This document shows, one piece after another, positions 1-15,051 of a DNA stretch of 64,000 bases. The position numbers and the translations under genes were made by a program. Position 1 is the stretch's first letter; the number at the start of each line of letters is the position of its first letter. This DNA comes from Paraspadella gotoi. Taxonomy: Eukaryota > Animalia > Chaetognatha. Location: positions 5,158,773 through 5,222,772 of the forward strand of contig CM119269.1 in the NCBI GenBank assembly GCA_051294375.1. The letters are read 5' to 3'. The notes beneath the pieces are model-generated. The model was not told the DNA's origin. It did no database searches and saw only the letters and a program-made list of their open reading frames with translations.

Positions 1-212
1 CCTTCACCCACTCCGAGGCGAAGGTTATGTTATTCGGGTTTACCAACGACGACAGCGACGAACGACTACGACGACGACGACGAAACAACGGCAAACTTGT
101 TAAAAAATTGCGTCTGTCAGCTAAAACCCATCGGGCCGAGAGAGTAGAAATAGTTGGGATGAAGTGGGGGGGGGAGAGAGAGAGAGAGAGAGAGAAGAGA
201 GAGAGAGAACGA

Positions 213-267
<55 letters not shown>

Positions 268-435
268 TGAAAGNNNNNNNNNNNNNNNNNNNNNNNNNGC
301 CCGATGGGGTTTTAGCTGACGACGGCAATTTTTTAACAAGTTGCCGCTTGTTTCGTCGTCGTCGTCGTAGTCGTCGTCGCTGTCGTCGTTATGGAAACTA
401 CGAATACATAACCTTCGCTCGGAGTGGGTGAAAGG
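1..435. repeat. Inverted duplication across the first gap (1-135 vs 299-435)
   Basis: ccttcacccactccgag...aaaacccatcgggc is the reverse complement, with small indels, of gcccgatggggttttag...ggagtgggtgaaagg. Confidence 0.9.
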
Positions 436-717
436 CCTATATCTCCATTAGAGACTTTGCCTCGCGTTGTCTTTTTCTCACGACGGTCTCAGTTCTTGAC
501 ATGATTCACCTTGATTCCTCGATTGTTCTTGCCTCTACTCACTAAGGCGTAGTAAAATTTCTCAATTTAACTTTAATTCACACGAGAGAGATGAAGATTC
601 GAGATACTGATTTAATTGTTCATGATAAATTGATGTTGTGATGTATTGCGCCATCATCACTGATCAACGTCACTAAATCTAATATGGTGAAAACCTTGAT
701 TGGCAACGACGCAGAGA

Positions 718-769
<52 letters not shown>

Positions 770-1012
770 GGAGAGAGAGGACAGAGACAGAGAAAGATAG
801 AGTCCGTTAATTTCACTTCAAAGCTCCAAGGATGAAGAAAAAAAGAAAGAAAATCAGTGAGGCTTGAAAACCACTTAAATCTGTAGGAAAAAAAGAAGGT
901 GAAAGGAAAAGAAGAGTCCCGACATAAGGGAGACGAAAACCAAGAAATGAGACAGTTTGGAAATAGGAAAAAGAAGGGACAGACAGACTGCGGAGAGGAG
1001 AGAGAAGAGAAG

Positions 1013-1050
<38 letters not shown>

Positions 1051-2063
1051 CGTTTGGTTTCTGTGGATATTGGAAAAGAATTACAGTTATGAGGAGTCCC
1101 TTTAAAGTAATCAGTGCTTTTAAGTCAAAATTGTGAAGCTCAGTCGATATGCAAATATTAATAGATTTTTAGTCATTGCGGAGATTTTGAGTGAGAGAGG
1201 AAATGAGAGAGAGAGAAAAAAAGGGAGAAGTAAGGAGAGGATTAAATGAGAGAGAGGTCGAGGGAGAAAATGAAAGAGAGAAAAAAGAGGGGAGAGAAAG
1301 ATAGAAAAAGGAAACGAGAAAAGAGGAAAATAAAAAAGAAAAGTTTATAGTATATAATTAATATGATACAAAATCAACGAAGTATCATAGGAAGTGGTTG
1401 ATAATAGAGCGTAACACAATATGATTTAATGAAGAGAGATTGAGCTCGGCAAGGGTGAGTAGTAAGGCGTAGTGAAAGTTACATACGAAAATTCTAAAAG
1501 TCAATTATGAACAACATACCATCAGTGAACATTAATTTGTAAAAAAAAAAATAATTTTATGTTTTTTAATTTTCGCATAGGCCATATTTATATATAGTAC
1601 TATCCTTATAAAATCGAAAAAATTTCAAAATAGGCTTTTCTCTAATTTTGATTGCAGATTTAAATTCCTGTCAAAAGTTGATAAAAGAAAATATATATCA
1701 TTTTTCAAATTCTTTCATTAAGTGGGTTAAAAATTTAAAACTATATTTAATATATAAAAAGTTAATTTTCAGCTTAAAATATAGGCTTTTTTTCAAATTT
1801 TTGACCCACTAAATGAAGGAATTTTTAAAAGAGTTATATTCTTTTTATCAACTTTTATAACGAATCCAAATCTGCAAAAAAATCTTAGAAAAAACTGTTT
1901 TGAAATTTTAACATTTATTGGTTTAGTACTAGTATAATATGCGCCTACTGCGTAAATTGGAAAATTTATTATAAATTGTTTTATTACATAAATGTTCATT
2001 AGTATAATGTTGTTCGTTCCTCACTTTTAAGAATTTTANNNNNNNNNNNNNNNNNNNNNNNNN

Positions 2064-2940
2064 TCAAAAGTCAATTATGAACAACATACCATCATGAACA
2101 TTTAATTTTGTTAAAAAAAAAAATAATTTTTATGTTTTTTTAAATTTCGCATAGGCCATATTTATAATAGTATACTATCCTTATAAAATCGAAAAAATTT
2201 CAAAATAGGCTTTTTCTTAATTTTGATTGCAGATTTAAATTCCTCGTCAAAAGTTGATAAAAGAAAATATATATCATTTTTACAAATTCTTTCATTAAGT
2301 GGGTTAAAATTTAAAAACTATATTTAATATATAAAAAGTTAATTTTCAGCTTTAAAATATAGGCTTTTTTCTAATTTTTGACCCACTAAATGAAGGAATT
2401 TTTCAAAAAGAGTTATATTTTCTTTTTATCACTTTTATAACGAATCCAAATCTGCAAAAAAATCTTAGAAAAAACTGTTTTGAAATTTTAACATTTATTG
2501 GTTAGTTACTAGTATAAATATGCCTACTGCGTAAATTGGAAATTTATTATAAATTGTTTTATTACATAAATGTTCATTAGTATAATGTTGTTCGTTCCTC
2601 ACTTTTAGAATTTTAATTAAAGTTAAATTGAGAAATTTTACTAACGCCTTAGTGAGTAGAGGCAAGAACAATCGAGGAATCAAGGTGAATCATGTAAGAA
2701 CTGAGACCGTCGTGAGAAAAAGACAACGCGAGGCAAAGTCTCTAATGGAGATATAGGCCTTTCACCCACTCCGAGCGAAGGTTATGTATTTTCGTAGTTT
2801 CCATAACGACGACAGCGACGACGACTACGACGACGACGACGAAACAAGGGCAACTTGTTAAAAAATTGCGTCGTCAGCTAAAACCCCATCGGGCGAGAGA
2901 AAGTAGAAATAGGGGATGAAGTGGGGGAGGGAGAGAGAGA

Positions 2941-3026
<86 letters not shown>

Positions 3027-3254
3027 AGAAAAGAGATTGATGTGCAAAGAGAGAGTGCGAGAACATGAACGAAGATCTCGGGAAAAAGAGGAGATGAAGA
3101 GAGAAAGGATGATCAAAGAAGCGAAAGGAGAGACGAAGAGACACTGATGAATAGGGAAAGGATAAGAAGCGAAAGAGAAGGAAAAAGAGAGCGAAAGACC
3201 ACTGACGAATAGAAAGGATAAGAGAAGCAAAGAGAAAAAGAGAGGAAGAGACAG

Positions 3255-3300
<46 letters not shown>

Positions 3301-3319
3301 ATAGATAGCATAGATAGAG

Positions 3320-3405
<86 letters not shown>

Positions 3406-3660
3406 GATAGATAGAGAGAGAGAGAAAGAGAGAGAGAGATAGAGAGAAGAGAGAGAGATAGAGAGATAGAGAGAGAGCAGAGAGAAGAGGCTATTTTTTC
3501 GACTTACTTTCCTCCCTCCCCTTTCCTGTTACCCGTTGGCGACGGATAGACGGCGCGCTTTTTAGTATTTTTTGTCATTTATTATTTAGCACTTTGGAGT
3601 TTTTTGTTTACATGCCTCTCTTCCTCTTTTCTCGCGCCTGAAGCGAAAAAGAATATCTTT

Positions 3661-3746
<86 letters not shown>

Positions 3747-4892
3747 GCAGAGCGTGATAATGTCTTCCTTTTTTATGACATACGCCTTCCTTTTTCTCGC
3801 ATAACATTACCGTGAAGTTGTATTATTTGTTGTTAAATCCAATTTTGTTTTCAAGCTGAAATATTTTTTATCTGATTTTGTTTTAAGAAAAATACATAGG
3901 CAGAGAGATAGAAACTAAAGAATTTTTCAAAAATATATTTGAGGTAGAAAATGAATTATTGTTTGACGTACAACGGAATTTTATTTAAGAAACATTAAAT
4001 TCGGACATGTTTCGGCTTTCAATGTAAGTCTTTCATCATCGCAACAAACAGAAATATATTATAGAGGATTAACTTCCCAAGTAAAAGACTTTTTCTAAGA
4101 AATCTTCTTAGTTTGGAAGTTGGTTTCTGAGATGAGAATTTACGCTGTGAGATTTTAATTCATCGAGATTTTCATTTGCGATTTTGTTTGATGTTTGAAC
4201 TGCCTTTTTAAATTTATAAGCCAAAAAAAAACATAAAAACAAAAACAAAACCACTATTCGAGAAGCATAAAAGAGTATCAAAAATATAATAATTACTTAA
4301 CAGCAAATTTTCGAAGAAAAGCAGCTATCTCAATGGGAATCGACTTTCTAAACTGGAGCGAAAGGAGCGCCGCTCCATTCGTTGGTGGAACCCCAAGCCG
4401 CGGGGAGCCATATCGAAATTCCATAGCAACGAGGCGAGCGAGGCGGCGTGGCAGGCGGCGGCGGCAGCGGCGAGCGGCGGCCAGGCAGCGGCGGCGGCAG
4501 CGGCGAAGGCGGCGGCGCAGTGCGAGACGGCGGCTCGGGCGGCGCCGCTGCACCCGTTGCAAGGACGACGGTTAGAGAAATATAAAAGAAAAGAACCTCA
4601 TTAACGAATTTTTCGTTTCTTAAATTTTTTTTTGGGACTGAATTTCAAAAAAAAGATGTTAAATCCCGGAAAAAAAAATATTTAGGCTTCGCTACGGAAA
4701 AAAAAATGGAGGAGGGGGGAAGGTCTATCGAAAATATTTTTCTGTTTTTCTTGATATCGATAATATTAGGTCGTCAAAACGTGAAGAAATATTCGAAGGG
4801 GGTTGTGTTGTGTTGTGTGTTTGATGTCACTGCTTGTAGTTTAAGTTTTTTTTATTTTAAGTGTTTTTATTCTCTTATGATTTTATTAACTC

Positions 4893-4980
<88 letters not shown>

Positions 4981-5823
4981 TTTCTTCAAAGCTCCAAACG
5001 AAAACAAAAGAAGACGAAGGGAGTAATTCCGATATGTTTGCACAGTTTTTTAAATTTTCTTTCATTATGGTCGAGATTCTCACTTCTGTGCAATAAAAAA
5101 AATATTTATAAAAATAATAGTACATCTTTCTTTCCAAAAGAAATATTCAATGAAGTGATGTTCTACTTTTTAAATTTTTTTTTAAGTTTTCGCTTTTTTA
5201 GACTTTTAATCTTTCTCGAATTAAATCATTTTTTATAATACAAAGCGATTCAAAAGTTAAGTTTCAAATAGCATTCTATAATCCTTCATTTTTAACTTTT
5301 ATCCGTCTCTCTTTTCTTCTTTCTTATTTCCTTCGTTCCTCCTTTATCCTCTTTATCTCTTTTTTCCATCGTCGCGGAATAAAAAAAAGGAGAAATTGGC
5401 AGCGACAAAAAAAAAGGAGAAAGGAAAAAAAAATGTGAAAATAGAGACGGAGAAAAAAGTACAAATGAAAAAAAAAGGGGAAAAAAATAAAAGGAAATGA
5501 GAAAACTTGAAAGGAGTCGAGACTCTCGTGCAAAGAAAAAAGAGAGGTTAAGGTCTCAAAAAAAAAAGAAGAAAGAAACTGATTTTCAGCTTTGGAGAAA
5601 TTGAAAAAAAAGAGGATAGCAGAGAAAAGAAAAAGGAAAGGAAAAAGATAGAAAAGATAGAAAAATAGAATTCAACAGCAAAACTAAAAAACAAAAAAAC
5701 GAAAAGTGAAAAGGAAAGGAAAGGAAGAAAGAAGAAAGATAGAAGAGACTATTGGAGTGTTCAATCCTGTAACAATGAATGATCATAACTCGAATATAAC
5801 AACCTATAAAAAAGATCTCTCTC
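2064..5823. repeat. Third copy of the same locus (direct copy of 7438-11423). Further partial copies at 590-2038 and 5824-6605 (inverted).
   Basis: Same start tcaaaagtcaatta and same end acctataaaaaagatctctctct as 7438-11423. 5824-6605 is the reverse complement of ~775-1495. Confidence 0.9.
3253..3415. repeat. (GATA)n microsatellite (copies ~8652-8800, ~14955-15105)
   Basis: Direct observation. Confidence 0.95.
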
Positions 5824-6275
5824 TAGAATTTTCGTATGTAACTTTCACTACGCCTTACTACTCACCCTTCCGAGCTCAATTCTCTCTTCATTAAATCATT
5901 TGATGTTACGCTCTATTATCAACCACTCCTATGATACTTCGTTGATTTTGTATCATATTATATTATATACTATAAACTTTTCTTTTTTATTTTCCTCTCT
6001 TTCTCGTTTCCTTTTTCTATCTTTCTCTCCCCCTCTGTTTTTCTCTCTTTCATTTTCTCCCTCGACTCTCTCTCATTTAATCCTCTCCTTACTTCTCCCT
6101 TTTTTTCTCTCTCTCTCATTTCCTCTCTCACTCAAAAATCTCCGCAATGACTAAAAAATCTATTAATATTTGCATAATCGACTGAGCTTCACAATTTTGA
6201 CTTAAAAGCCACTGATTACTTTTAAAGGGACTCCTCATAACTGTAATTCTTTTCCAATATCCACAGAAAACCAAA

Positions 6276-6390
<115 letters not shown>

Positions 6391-9078
6391 CCAGTCTGTC
6401 TGTCCCTTCGTTTTTCCTATTTCCAAACTGTCTCATTTCTTGGTTTTCGTCTCCCTTATGTCGGGACTCTTCTTTTCCTTTCACCTTTTCCTTTTTTTCC
6501 TACAGATTTAAGTGGTTTTCAAGCCTCACTGATTTTCTTTCTTGTTTTTCTTCATCCTTGGAGCTTTGAAGTGAAATTAACGGACTCTATCTTTCTCTGT
6601 CTCTGGCAGAGAAAAAAAAAAAGAGAAAAAAAGAGAAGAGAGAGAGAGAGAGGATGAGAGAGCAGAGAGAGAGAGAGAGAGAGATCGAGAGAAGAGAGAG
6701 AACAGAGACCAGAGAAAGATAGAGTTCCGTTAATTTCACTTCAAAGCTCCAAGGATGAATGAAAAAAAGAAAGAAAATCAGTGAGGCTGAAAACCACTTA
6801 ATCTGTAGGAAAAAAAGGAAAAGGTGAGGAAAAGAGAGTCCCACATAAAGGGAGACCGAAAACCAAGAGAATTGAACATTTTGGAAATAGGAAAAAACGA
6901 AGGGACAGACAGGACTGCAAGGAGAGAGAAGAGAGAAGAGAGAGAGAGAGGAGAGGAGATGAGAGAGAGGAGAGAGAGAGAGAGCGTTGAGCGTTTTTTC
7001 GTGATATTGGAAAAGAATTACAGTTATGAGGGTTCCCTTTAAATAATCAGTGCTTTTAAGTCAAAATTGTGAAGCTCATCGATATGCAAATATTAATAGA
7101 TTTTTAGTCATGCGGGAGATTTTGAGTGAGAGAGGGAAATGAGTGGAGAGAAGAAAAAAAGGAGAGAAGTAAGGAGAGGATTAATGAGAGAGAGGTCGAG
7201 GGAGAAAATGAAAGAGAGAAAACAGAGGGGAGAGAAAGGATAGAAAAAGGAACGAGAAAGAGAGGAAAATTAAAAAAGAAAAGTTATAGTATATAATATT
7301 TAATATGATACAAAATCAACGAGTATCATAGGAGTGCGTTGAAATAGGAGCGTAACACAAATGATTTAATGAAGAGGAATTGAGCTCGGCAAGCGGTGAG
7401 TAGTAAGGCCGTAGTGAAAGTTACATACGGAAAATTCTCAAAAGTCAATTATTGAACAACATTTACTCATCGATGAACATTAATTTTGTTAAAAAAAAAA
7501 TAATTTTTATGTTTTTTTAATATTTCGCATCTAGGCCATATTTATATATAGTATACGTATTCCTTATAAAATCTCGAAAAATTTCAAAAATAGGCTTTTC
7601 TTAATTTTTTGATTGGCAGATTTAAATTCCTCGTCAAAAGTTGATAAAAGAAAATATTATCATTTTTACCAATTCTTCATTAAGTGGGCTTAAAAATTAA
7701 AAACTATATTTAATATGAATAAAAAGTTAAATTTTCAGCTTTAAAATATAGGCTTTTTCTCTAATTTTTGACCCAGTAAATGAAGGAATTTTTCAAAAGC
7801 AGTTATATTTTCTTTTTATCACTTTTATAACGAATCCAAATCTGCAAAAAAAATCTTAGAAAAAACTGTTTTTGAAATTTTAACATTTATTGTTAGTACT
7901 AGTATAATATGCCCTACTGCGTAAATGGAAATTTATTATAAATGTTTTTATTAACATTAAAATGTTCATTAGTATAATGTTGTTCGTTCCTCACTTCTTT
8001 AGATTTTAATTAAAGTTAAATTGAGAAATTTTACTAACGCCTTAGTGAGTAGCAGCAAGAACAATCGAGGGAATCAGGCTGACGCATATGACTAGACCGT
8101 CGTTGAGAAAAAGACAACGCGAGGCAAAGTCTCTAATGGAGTATAGGCCTTTCACCCACTCCGAGCGAAGGTTATGTTATTCGTAGTTTCCATAACGACG
8201 ACAGCGACGACCGACTACGACGACGACGACGAAACAATGGGCAACTTGTTAAAAAATTGCGTCTGTCGCTAAAAACCCATCGGGCGAGAGAAGTAAAATA
8301 GTTGGATGAAGTGGGGGGACGGAGAGAGAGAGCAGAGAGAGAGAGAGAGCAGACGAGAGAGAGAAAGAAGAGAGAGAGAGAAGAATGAAGAAGAGAGAGA
8401 TGCAGAGAGAGCAGAGAGATGAAGAAGAGAGATTTGATGTGCAAGAGAGAGTGCAGATGAACATGGAACCGAAGATCTCGGGAAAAAGAGGAGATGAGAG
8501 AGCAAAGGATGATCAAAGAGTCGAAAGGAGAGACGAAGAGACACTGCATGAATAGGAAAGATAAGAGCGAAAGAAGAAAAAGAGAGAGAAAGACCACTGA
8601 CGAATAGAAAGGATAAGCAAGCAAAAAGAGAAAAAGAGAGCGAAGAGACACTAGATATAGATAGATAGATAGATAGATAGATAGTTAGAATAGATAGATA
8701 GTAGAAGAGAGAAGATAGATAGATAGATAGATAGATAGATTAGATAATAGAGAGAGAGAGTAGTGGATAATTAGATAGCATAGATAGATAGATAGATTAG
8801 ATAAGAGTAGAAGAAGGAAGAGAAGAAGAGAGAGAGAGAGATAGAGAGAAGAGGTAGAGAGATAGACGGAGGATAGAGAGAGAGCAGAGAGAGTAGAGGC
8901 TTTTTTTCGACACTCTTACTTTCCTCCCTTCCCCTTTCCTGTTACCCTGTTGGCGACGGATAGACGCGCGCTTTTTAGTATTTTTTGTCATTATTATTTA
9001 GCACTTTGGAGTTTTTTGTCTTACATGGCCTCTTCTTCCTCTTTTCTTCGCCGCCTTGAAAGCGAAAAAGAAATATTC

Positions 9079-9161
<83 letters not shown>

Positions 9162-10481
9162 CGAGAGAGAGAGCGCAGATAGATAATGTCTTCCTTTTTT
9201 CATGACATACCCCTTCTATTTTCTCGAATAACTTTACGTGAGAGTTGTATTATCTGTTGTAAACTACCAATTTGTTTCAAGCTGACAAATTTCTTTTGGT
9301 ATCGTTGATTTTGTTTTTAAGAAAAATACATAGGCGAGAGATAGAACTAAAGAATTTTTTTCAAAATATGATTTGAGGTAGAAAATGAATTATTGTTTGC
9401 ACGCTTACAACGGAATTTTTTTAAGAAACATTACAATTCGGACATGTTTCGGCTTTCAATGTCAAGTCTTTCATCATCGCTAACAAACAGAATACTATAT
9501 TATAGAGGATTAACTACCACAGTAAAAGATTTTTTCTAAGAAATCTTCTTAGTTGGAAGTTGTGGTTTCTAAGAGATGAGAATTACGCTTGTGAGATTTT
9601 AATTTCACTCGAGATTTTCATTGCATGTTGGATTGTTGTGATGTTTTTATCGTCTCCGTAAATTATACAGCTCAATAAAACTAAACATAAAAACAAATAA
9701 CAAACACTCTACGTTTATCTCCCCCGTATAAGCTACAAAGAGCTCCCATCAATATAATCTAATTAATTTACTGTAAGTCAGCCTTATCTATTTTTCGCAA
9801 GGAAATAGCAGATTATTTTTCTCATAACTGGAGTTACATCGACTTTTCTAAACGTTGGAGCGAAAGGGAGCGGCCGCTCCATTCGTTGGTGGAACCCCAA
9901 AGCCGCTGGCAGGAGGCCATATCGAAATCCATAGCAAGGGCACGAGGGGGTGGCAGGCGCGGCGGCCTGCGCAGCGAGCGGCGCCAGGCGCGGCGCGGCG
10001 TCTAAGGGGCGGCAGCGAGCGAGCTGGCGGCCGGGCGCAGTGCGAGACGGCGGCTCGGGCGGCGCGCCCTTGCACCCGTTGCAAGGACGTACTGGGTTAG
10101 AGAAAATATAAATAGAAAAGAACCTCATTAACGACATTTTCTCGGTTTCGCTTTAAACCTTTTTCTTTGGGATCTGAATTTCGAAAAAGAACAGATGTTA
10201 AATCCCGGAAAAAAAAAATATTTTAGGCTTCGGCTACGGATAATACAAAAATGGCAGGAGGGGGGACGCAGGTCTAACTCACGCAAAATATTTCTTCGTT
10301 TTATTGCTTTGATATCGATAATATTTAGGTCGTCGGCATAAAAACCGTGCAAGAAAATGAGTTTCGAAGGGATTGTCGTTGTGTTTGCACTTGTGTTTGA
10401 TGTCACTGTCTTGTCAGTTTTAGTCTTTTTTTATTATTAAGGCTTGTTTTTCATTCTTCTGTATGTATTTTATATAACTCT

Positions 10482-10525
<44 letters not shown>

Positions 10526-13259
10526 TCTCTCTCTTCTCTCTCTCTCTCTTCTGCTCTCTCTCTCGCTTTTCTTCAAAGCTCCAAACGAAAAAAAAGAAGA
10601 CGAAGGGAGTAATTCCGTAATATGTTTGCCAGTTTTTAATTTGTCTTTCATTATGGTCGAGATTCTCACTTCTGTGCATAAAAAAAATATTTATAAAAAT
10701 CAATAGTACATCTTTCTTTCCAAAGAGAAATATTCAATGAAGTGGTATGTTCTACTTTTTAAATTTTTTTTTAAGTTTTCGCTTTTTCAGACTTTTAAAT
10801 TCTTTCTCGAATTAAATCATTTTATAATACAAGCGATTTCAAAAGTAAGTTTCAAATAGCATTCTATAATCCTTCATTTTTAACTTATCGTCTCTCTTTT
10901 CTTCTTTCGTTATTTCCTTCGTTCTCCTTTATCCTACCTTTATCTCTTTTTTTCCATCGTCGCGGAGATAAAAAAAGGAGAAATTTGGCAGCGACAAAAA
11001 AAAAGGAGAAAGAAAAAAAAATGTGGAAAATAGAGACGGAGAAAAAAGTACAAATTGAAAAAAAAAGGGGAAAAAAATAAAAGGAAATGAGGAAAACTTG
11101 AAAGGAGGTCCGAGACCTCTTCGCCCTGCAAAGAAAAAAGAAGAGGTTAAGGTCTCCAAAAAAAAAAGAAGAAAAGAAACTGATTTTCATTGGAGAAATT
11201 GAAAAAAAAGGAGGTAGCAGAGAAAAGAAAAAGGAAAGGAAAAGATAAAAAGATAGAAAAATAGAATTCAACAGCAAAACTTAAAAAACAAAAAAACCCG
11301 AAAAGTGAAAAGGAAAGGAAAGGAAGAAAGAAGAAAGATAGAAGAGACTATTGGAGTGTTCAATCCTGTAACAATGAATGATCATAACTCGAATATAACA
11401 ACCTATAAAAAAGATCTCTCTCTNNNNNNNNNNNNNNNNNNNNNNNNNGTCGTTGCCAATCAAGGTTTTCACCATATTAGATTTAGTGACGTTGATCAGT
11501 GATGATGGCGCAATACATCACAACATCAATTTATCATGAACAATTAAATCAGTATTCGAAATCTCATGCCACTTTAAATGTCAACTAAATTTTCGATGTC
11601 TGTCTTTTTAATTACGAAAAACTCTTAAACTCGTTCTACTAAATTCTCAACAAACACCGATACGAAATTTTGAATGTAGAATATTACAAAAGATCTAATA
11701 AACCCCGTTAAATAAATATCAATAAAAAAAGAACGTGGGAATTTAATTACTTATTTACCGAATGAAGGACATCCTGGAAAATTCAGAAAAAAAACTCTGA
11801 AGATTTCGCTTTTCATTCCTTCCTTTCATTTTTCCATCTTTTCTTTCTTTCTCTCGCTTTTTGCCGAAAAACAGTTTTTCCCACCAAACACCCTGTACCA
11901 GCCGGCCAAAACTTGTTTTTCTCTTTCGCGAAAATCTCCGTCAAAAACCGCGAGAGAAACTCGTTCCCTTTTTTTTTCGCTCGAATTTAAAAAAAAATCT
12001 TTTTTTTTCCTTCATAAACTCAGCGTCTGCTTTTTTTAAGGGGGGGCGTAGGGAAGGGGGGGGGAGAGTTCCGCTCGGTCGCGTATCTGTCACGGAGACG
12101 TTTCAGTTTCACGTGATCCTTTTAGTTTTTGTTTCTATCTTTTTATCCTTTCTTTTTTGAAGTGGGTGGACCTGGGAAGTCGGTGAAGGAGGAAAGAGAA
12201 TTACGGAAACTCGTTTTAATTTTATGTAAAAGAAAGTAAAGGAAGGAACGAAGAGAGAGATCTTTTTTATAGGTTGTTATATTCGAGTTATGATCATTCA
12301 TTGTTACAGGATTGAACACTCCAATAGTCTCTTCTATCTTTTTCTATTCTTTTCTTTCCTTTCCTTTTCACTTTTCGTTTTTTTGTTTTTTAAGTTTTGC
12401 GCCTTTGAATTCTATTTTTCTATCTTTTCTATCTGTTTCTCCTTTTCGCTTTTACTTTTTTTTTTTTTTCACTTTATCTCTTTACTGGGTTCTATTCTTC
12501 TCTTTTTTCTGTTCCGACTTTTTCGTGTTATTTTTGTTATAGATTCAGTTGCTGACGAATTTGCTGCCAATTTTCTTTTTCCCAGGCTTTTTTCATTTCG
12601 AATGAAATCATTCTTCTTCTTCTTTTTTTTTTGGAGACACCTTAAACCTCTCTTTTTCTCTTTGCGCGAAGAGGTCTCGACTCCTTCAAGTTTTCCTCAT
12701 TTCCATTTATTTTTTTTCCCTTTTTTTTCATTTGTACTTTTTTCTCCGTCTCTATTTTCCACATTTTTTTTTCTTTTCCTTTTTTTTGTCGCTGCACCAA
12801 ATTTCTCCTTTTTTTATCTCCGCCGACGAATGGAAAAAAGAGTATTAAAGGTAGAGATAAAGGAGAACGAAGGAAATAACGAAAGAAGAAAAGAGAGACG
12901 GATAAGTTAAAAATGAAGGATTATAGAATGCTATTTGAAACTTAACTTTTGAATCGCTGTATTATAAAAATGATTTAATTGCGAGGAAAGAATTTAAAGA
13001 GTCTGTAAAAAAGCGAAAACTTAAAAAAAAATTGTAAGAAGTAGAACAAACCACTGTCATTTGAATATTTCTCTTTGGAAAGAAAGATGTACTATTATTT
13101 TTATAAATATTTTTTTTATTGCACAGAAGTGAGAATCTCGACCATAATGAAAGACAAATTAAAAACTGGCAAACATATTCGGAATTAATCCCTTCGTCTC
13201 TTTTGTTTTCGTTTGGAGCTTTGAAAAAAGCGAGAGAGAAGAGAAGAGAGAGAGAGAGA

Positions 13260-13308
<49 letters not shown>

Positions 13309-13329
13309 GAGAGAGTTATATAAAGGACA

Positions 13330-14523
13330 TAAGAGAATAAAGAACACTGTATAATAAAAAAACTAAGACTGACAGCAGTGACATCAAACACATGCAACAC
13401 AACACAATCCCCTCGGGAAATCTATTTTCTTGCACGTTTATTGCCGACGACCTCAAATATTATCGATATCTCAAAGAATAAATACAGAGAAATATTTTAC
13501 GGAAGTTAGACCTGACTCCCTCCCTCCTGCCATTTAGTTGTATTATCCGTAGCCGAAAGCCCTAAAATATTTTTTTTTTCCGGGATTTAACGATCTGTTT
13601 TTTTGAAATTCAGTCCCAAAGAAAAAGTTTAAAGCGAAAGCGACGAAAATGTCGTTAATGCAGGTTCTTTTCTATTTATATTTCTCTAACCCGTACGTCC
13701 TTCGCAACGGGTGCAGGGCGCGCCGCCGAGCCGCCGTCTCGCACGCGACCGGCCGCCGTCTCGCTCGCGTTGACCCGCCGCCTACGCCGCTGGCCGCCGC
13801 TCGCTCGCTGGCCGCCCTCGCCTGCCACGCCGCTCGCGGGCTTGCTATGGATTTCGATATGGCCTCTCTGCCGCGGGCTTGGGGTTCCACCAACGAATGG
13901 AGGCGGCCGCTCCACTTTCGCTCCACGTTTAAAAATCGAGTACTCATTAGAGAAGAATAGTCTGCTATTTCTATCAGAAAGAGTGTATGGACTGACTTAC
14001 CAGTAGAATTAATTATATTATTTGATGAGCTCTTTGTAGCTCTTCGGAGATAACCGATAGAGTGTTTGTATATTTGTTTATTTGTTATTTTTTATGCTGA
14101 TAAAATTTACGGAACGCTAACCAAACGATCCAACAATCAATAGCAAATGAAAATCTCGAGTGAATTAAAATCTCACAGCGGTAATTCTCATCCTCAGAAC
14201 CACAACTTCCAAACTAAGAAGATATTCTTAGAAAAAGTCGTTTTACTGTGGTAGTTAATCCTCTAATAATATATATTCTGTTTGCTTGCGATGATGAAAG
14301 ACTTGACATTGAAGCCGAAACATGTTCCGAATTGTTAATGTTCGTTAAAAATAATTCCGTTGTAAGCGTGCAAAAATAATTCATTTTCTACCTCAAATCA
14401 TATTTTGAAAAATTCTTTATTCTATCCTCGCCTATGTATTTTTCTTAAAACAAAATCAGATAAAAAGATATTTGAACAGCTTGAAAACAAATTGGTATTT
14501 ACAACAAGATAATCAACTCTCAC
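13330..14523 (+). CDS. LRR-type exons, possibly of a tandem F-box/LRR paralog (copies 3810-4870 and 9237-10440 on -)
   Basis: Readings NILRELDL (ORF 10128-10406) and CCDDERLTLKAETCPNLMFL (minus strand ~3990-4050) match the cysteine-containing LRR pattern (xCPNLxxL). The segment ends at a CAC|GTAAGT donor at 14524. Confidence 0.45.
13685..13930. repeat. ~240-bp GC-rich island between AT-rich LRR segments (copies 4345-4575, 9850-10100)
   Basis: Abrupt GC-rich GCC/GGC block with short hairpins GGAGCG..CGCTCC and CCCGT...ACGGG near its ends. Confidence 0.5.
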
Positions 14524-15018
14524 GTAAGTTATGCGAAGAAAAAGAAGGGCGGTATGTCATGAAAAGAAGGAAGACATTATTTTGCTTGTTCTCTCTCGTC
14601 TCTCTCTCTCTCCTCTCTCTCTCTTCGTCTCTTCTCTCTCTCTCTCCTCTCTCTGCTCTCTCTCTCTCTCTCTCTCTCAAGAATATTTCTTTTTCGCTTC
14701 AAGCGGCGAGAAAAGAGGAAGAGAGGCATGTAAGACAAAAACTCCAAAGTGCTAAATAAAAATGACAAAAAATACTAAAAAGCGCGCCGTCTATCCGTCG
14801 GCCAACGGGTACAGGAAAGGGGAAGGGAGGAAGTATAGATTCGAAAAAAAGCCTCTACTCTCTCTGCTCTCTCTCATATCCTCGTCTATCTCTCTCCTCT
14901 CTCTCTAGTCTCTCTCTCTCTTTGTTCTCTTTCTTCTACCTCCTACTCCTTATCTAATCTATTCTCTATCTATCTATCTAATCTAATTATCACTATCTCT
15001 CCTCTCTCTATCTATCTA

Positions 15019-15051
<33 letters not shown>

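Noticed and set aside
4293-4575. Arg-rich protamine-like ORFs
   Set aside because: They arise from the GGC-rich island, and the frames are not conserved between the three copies.
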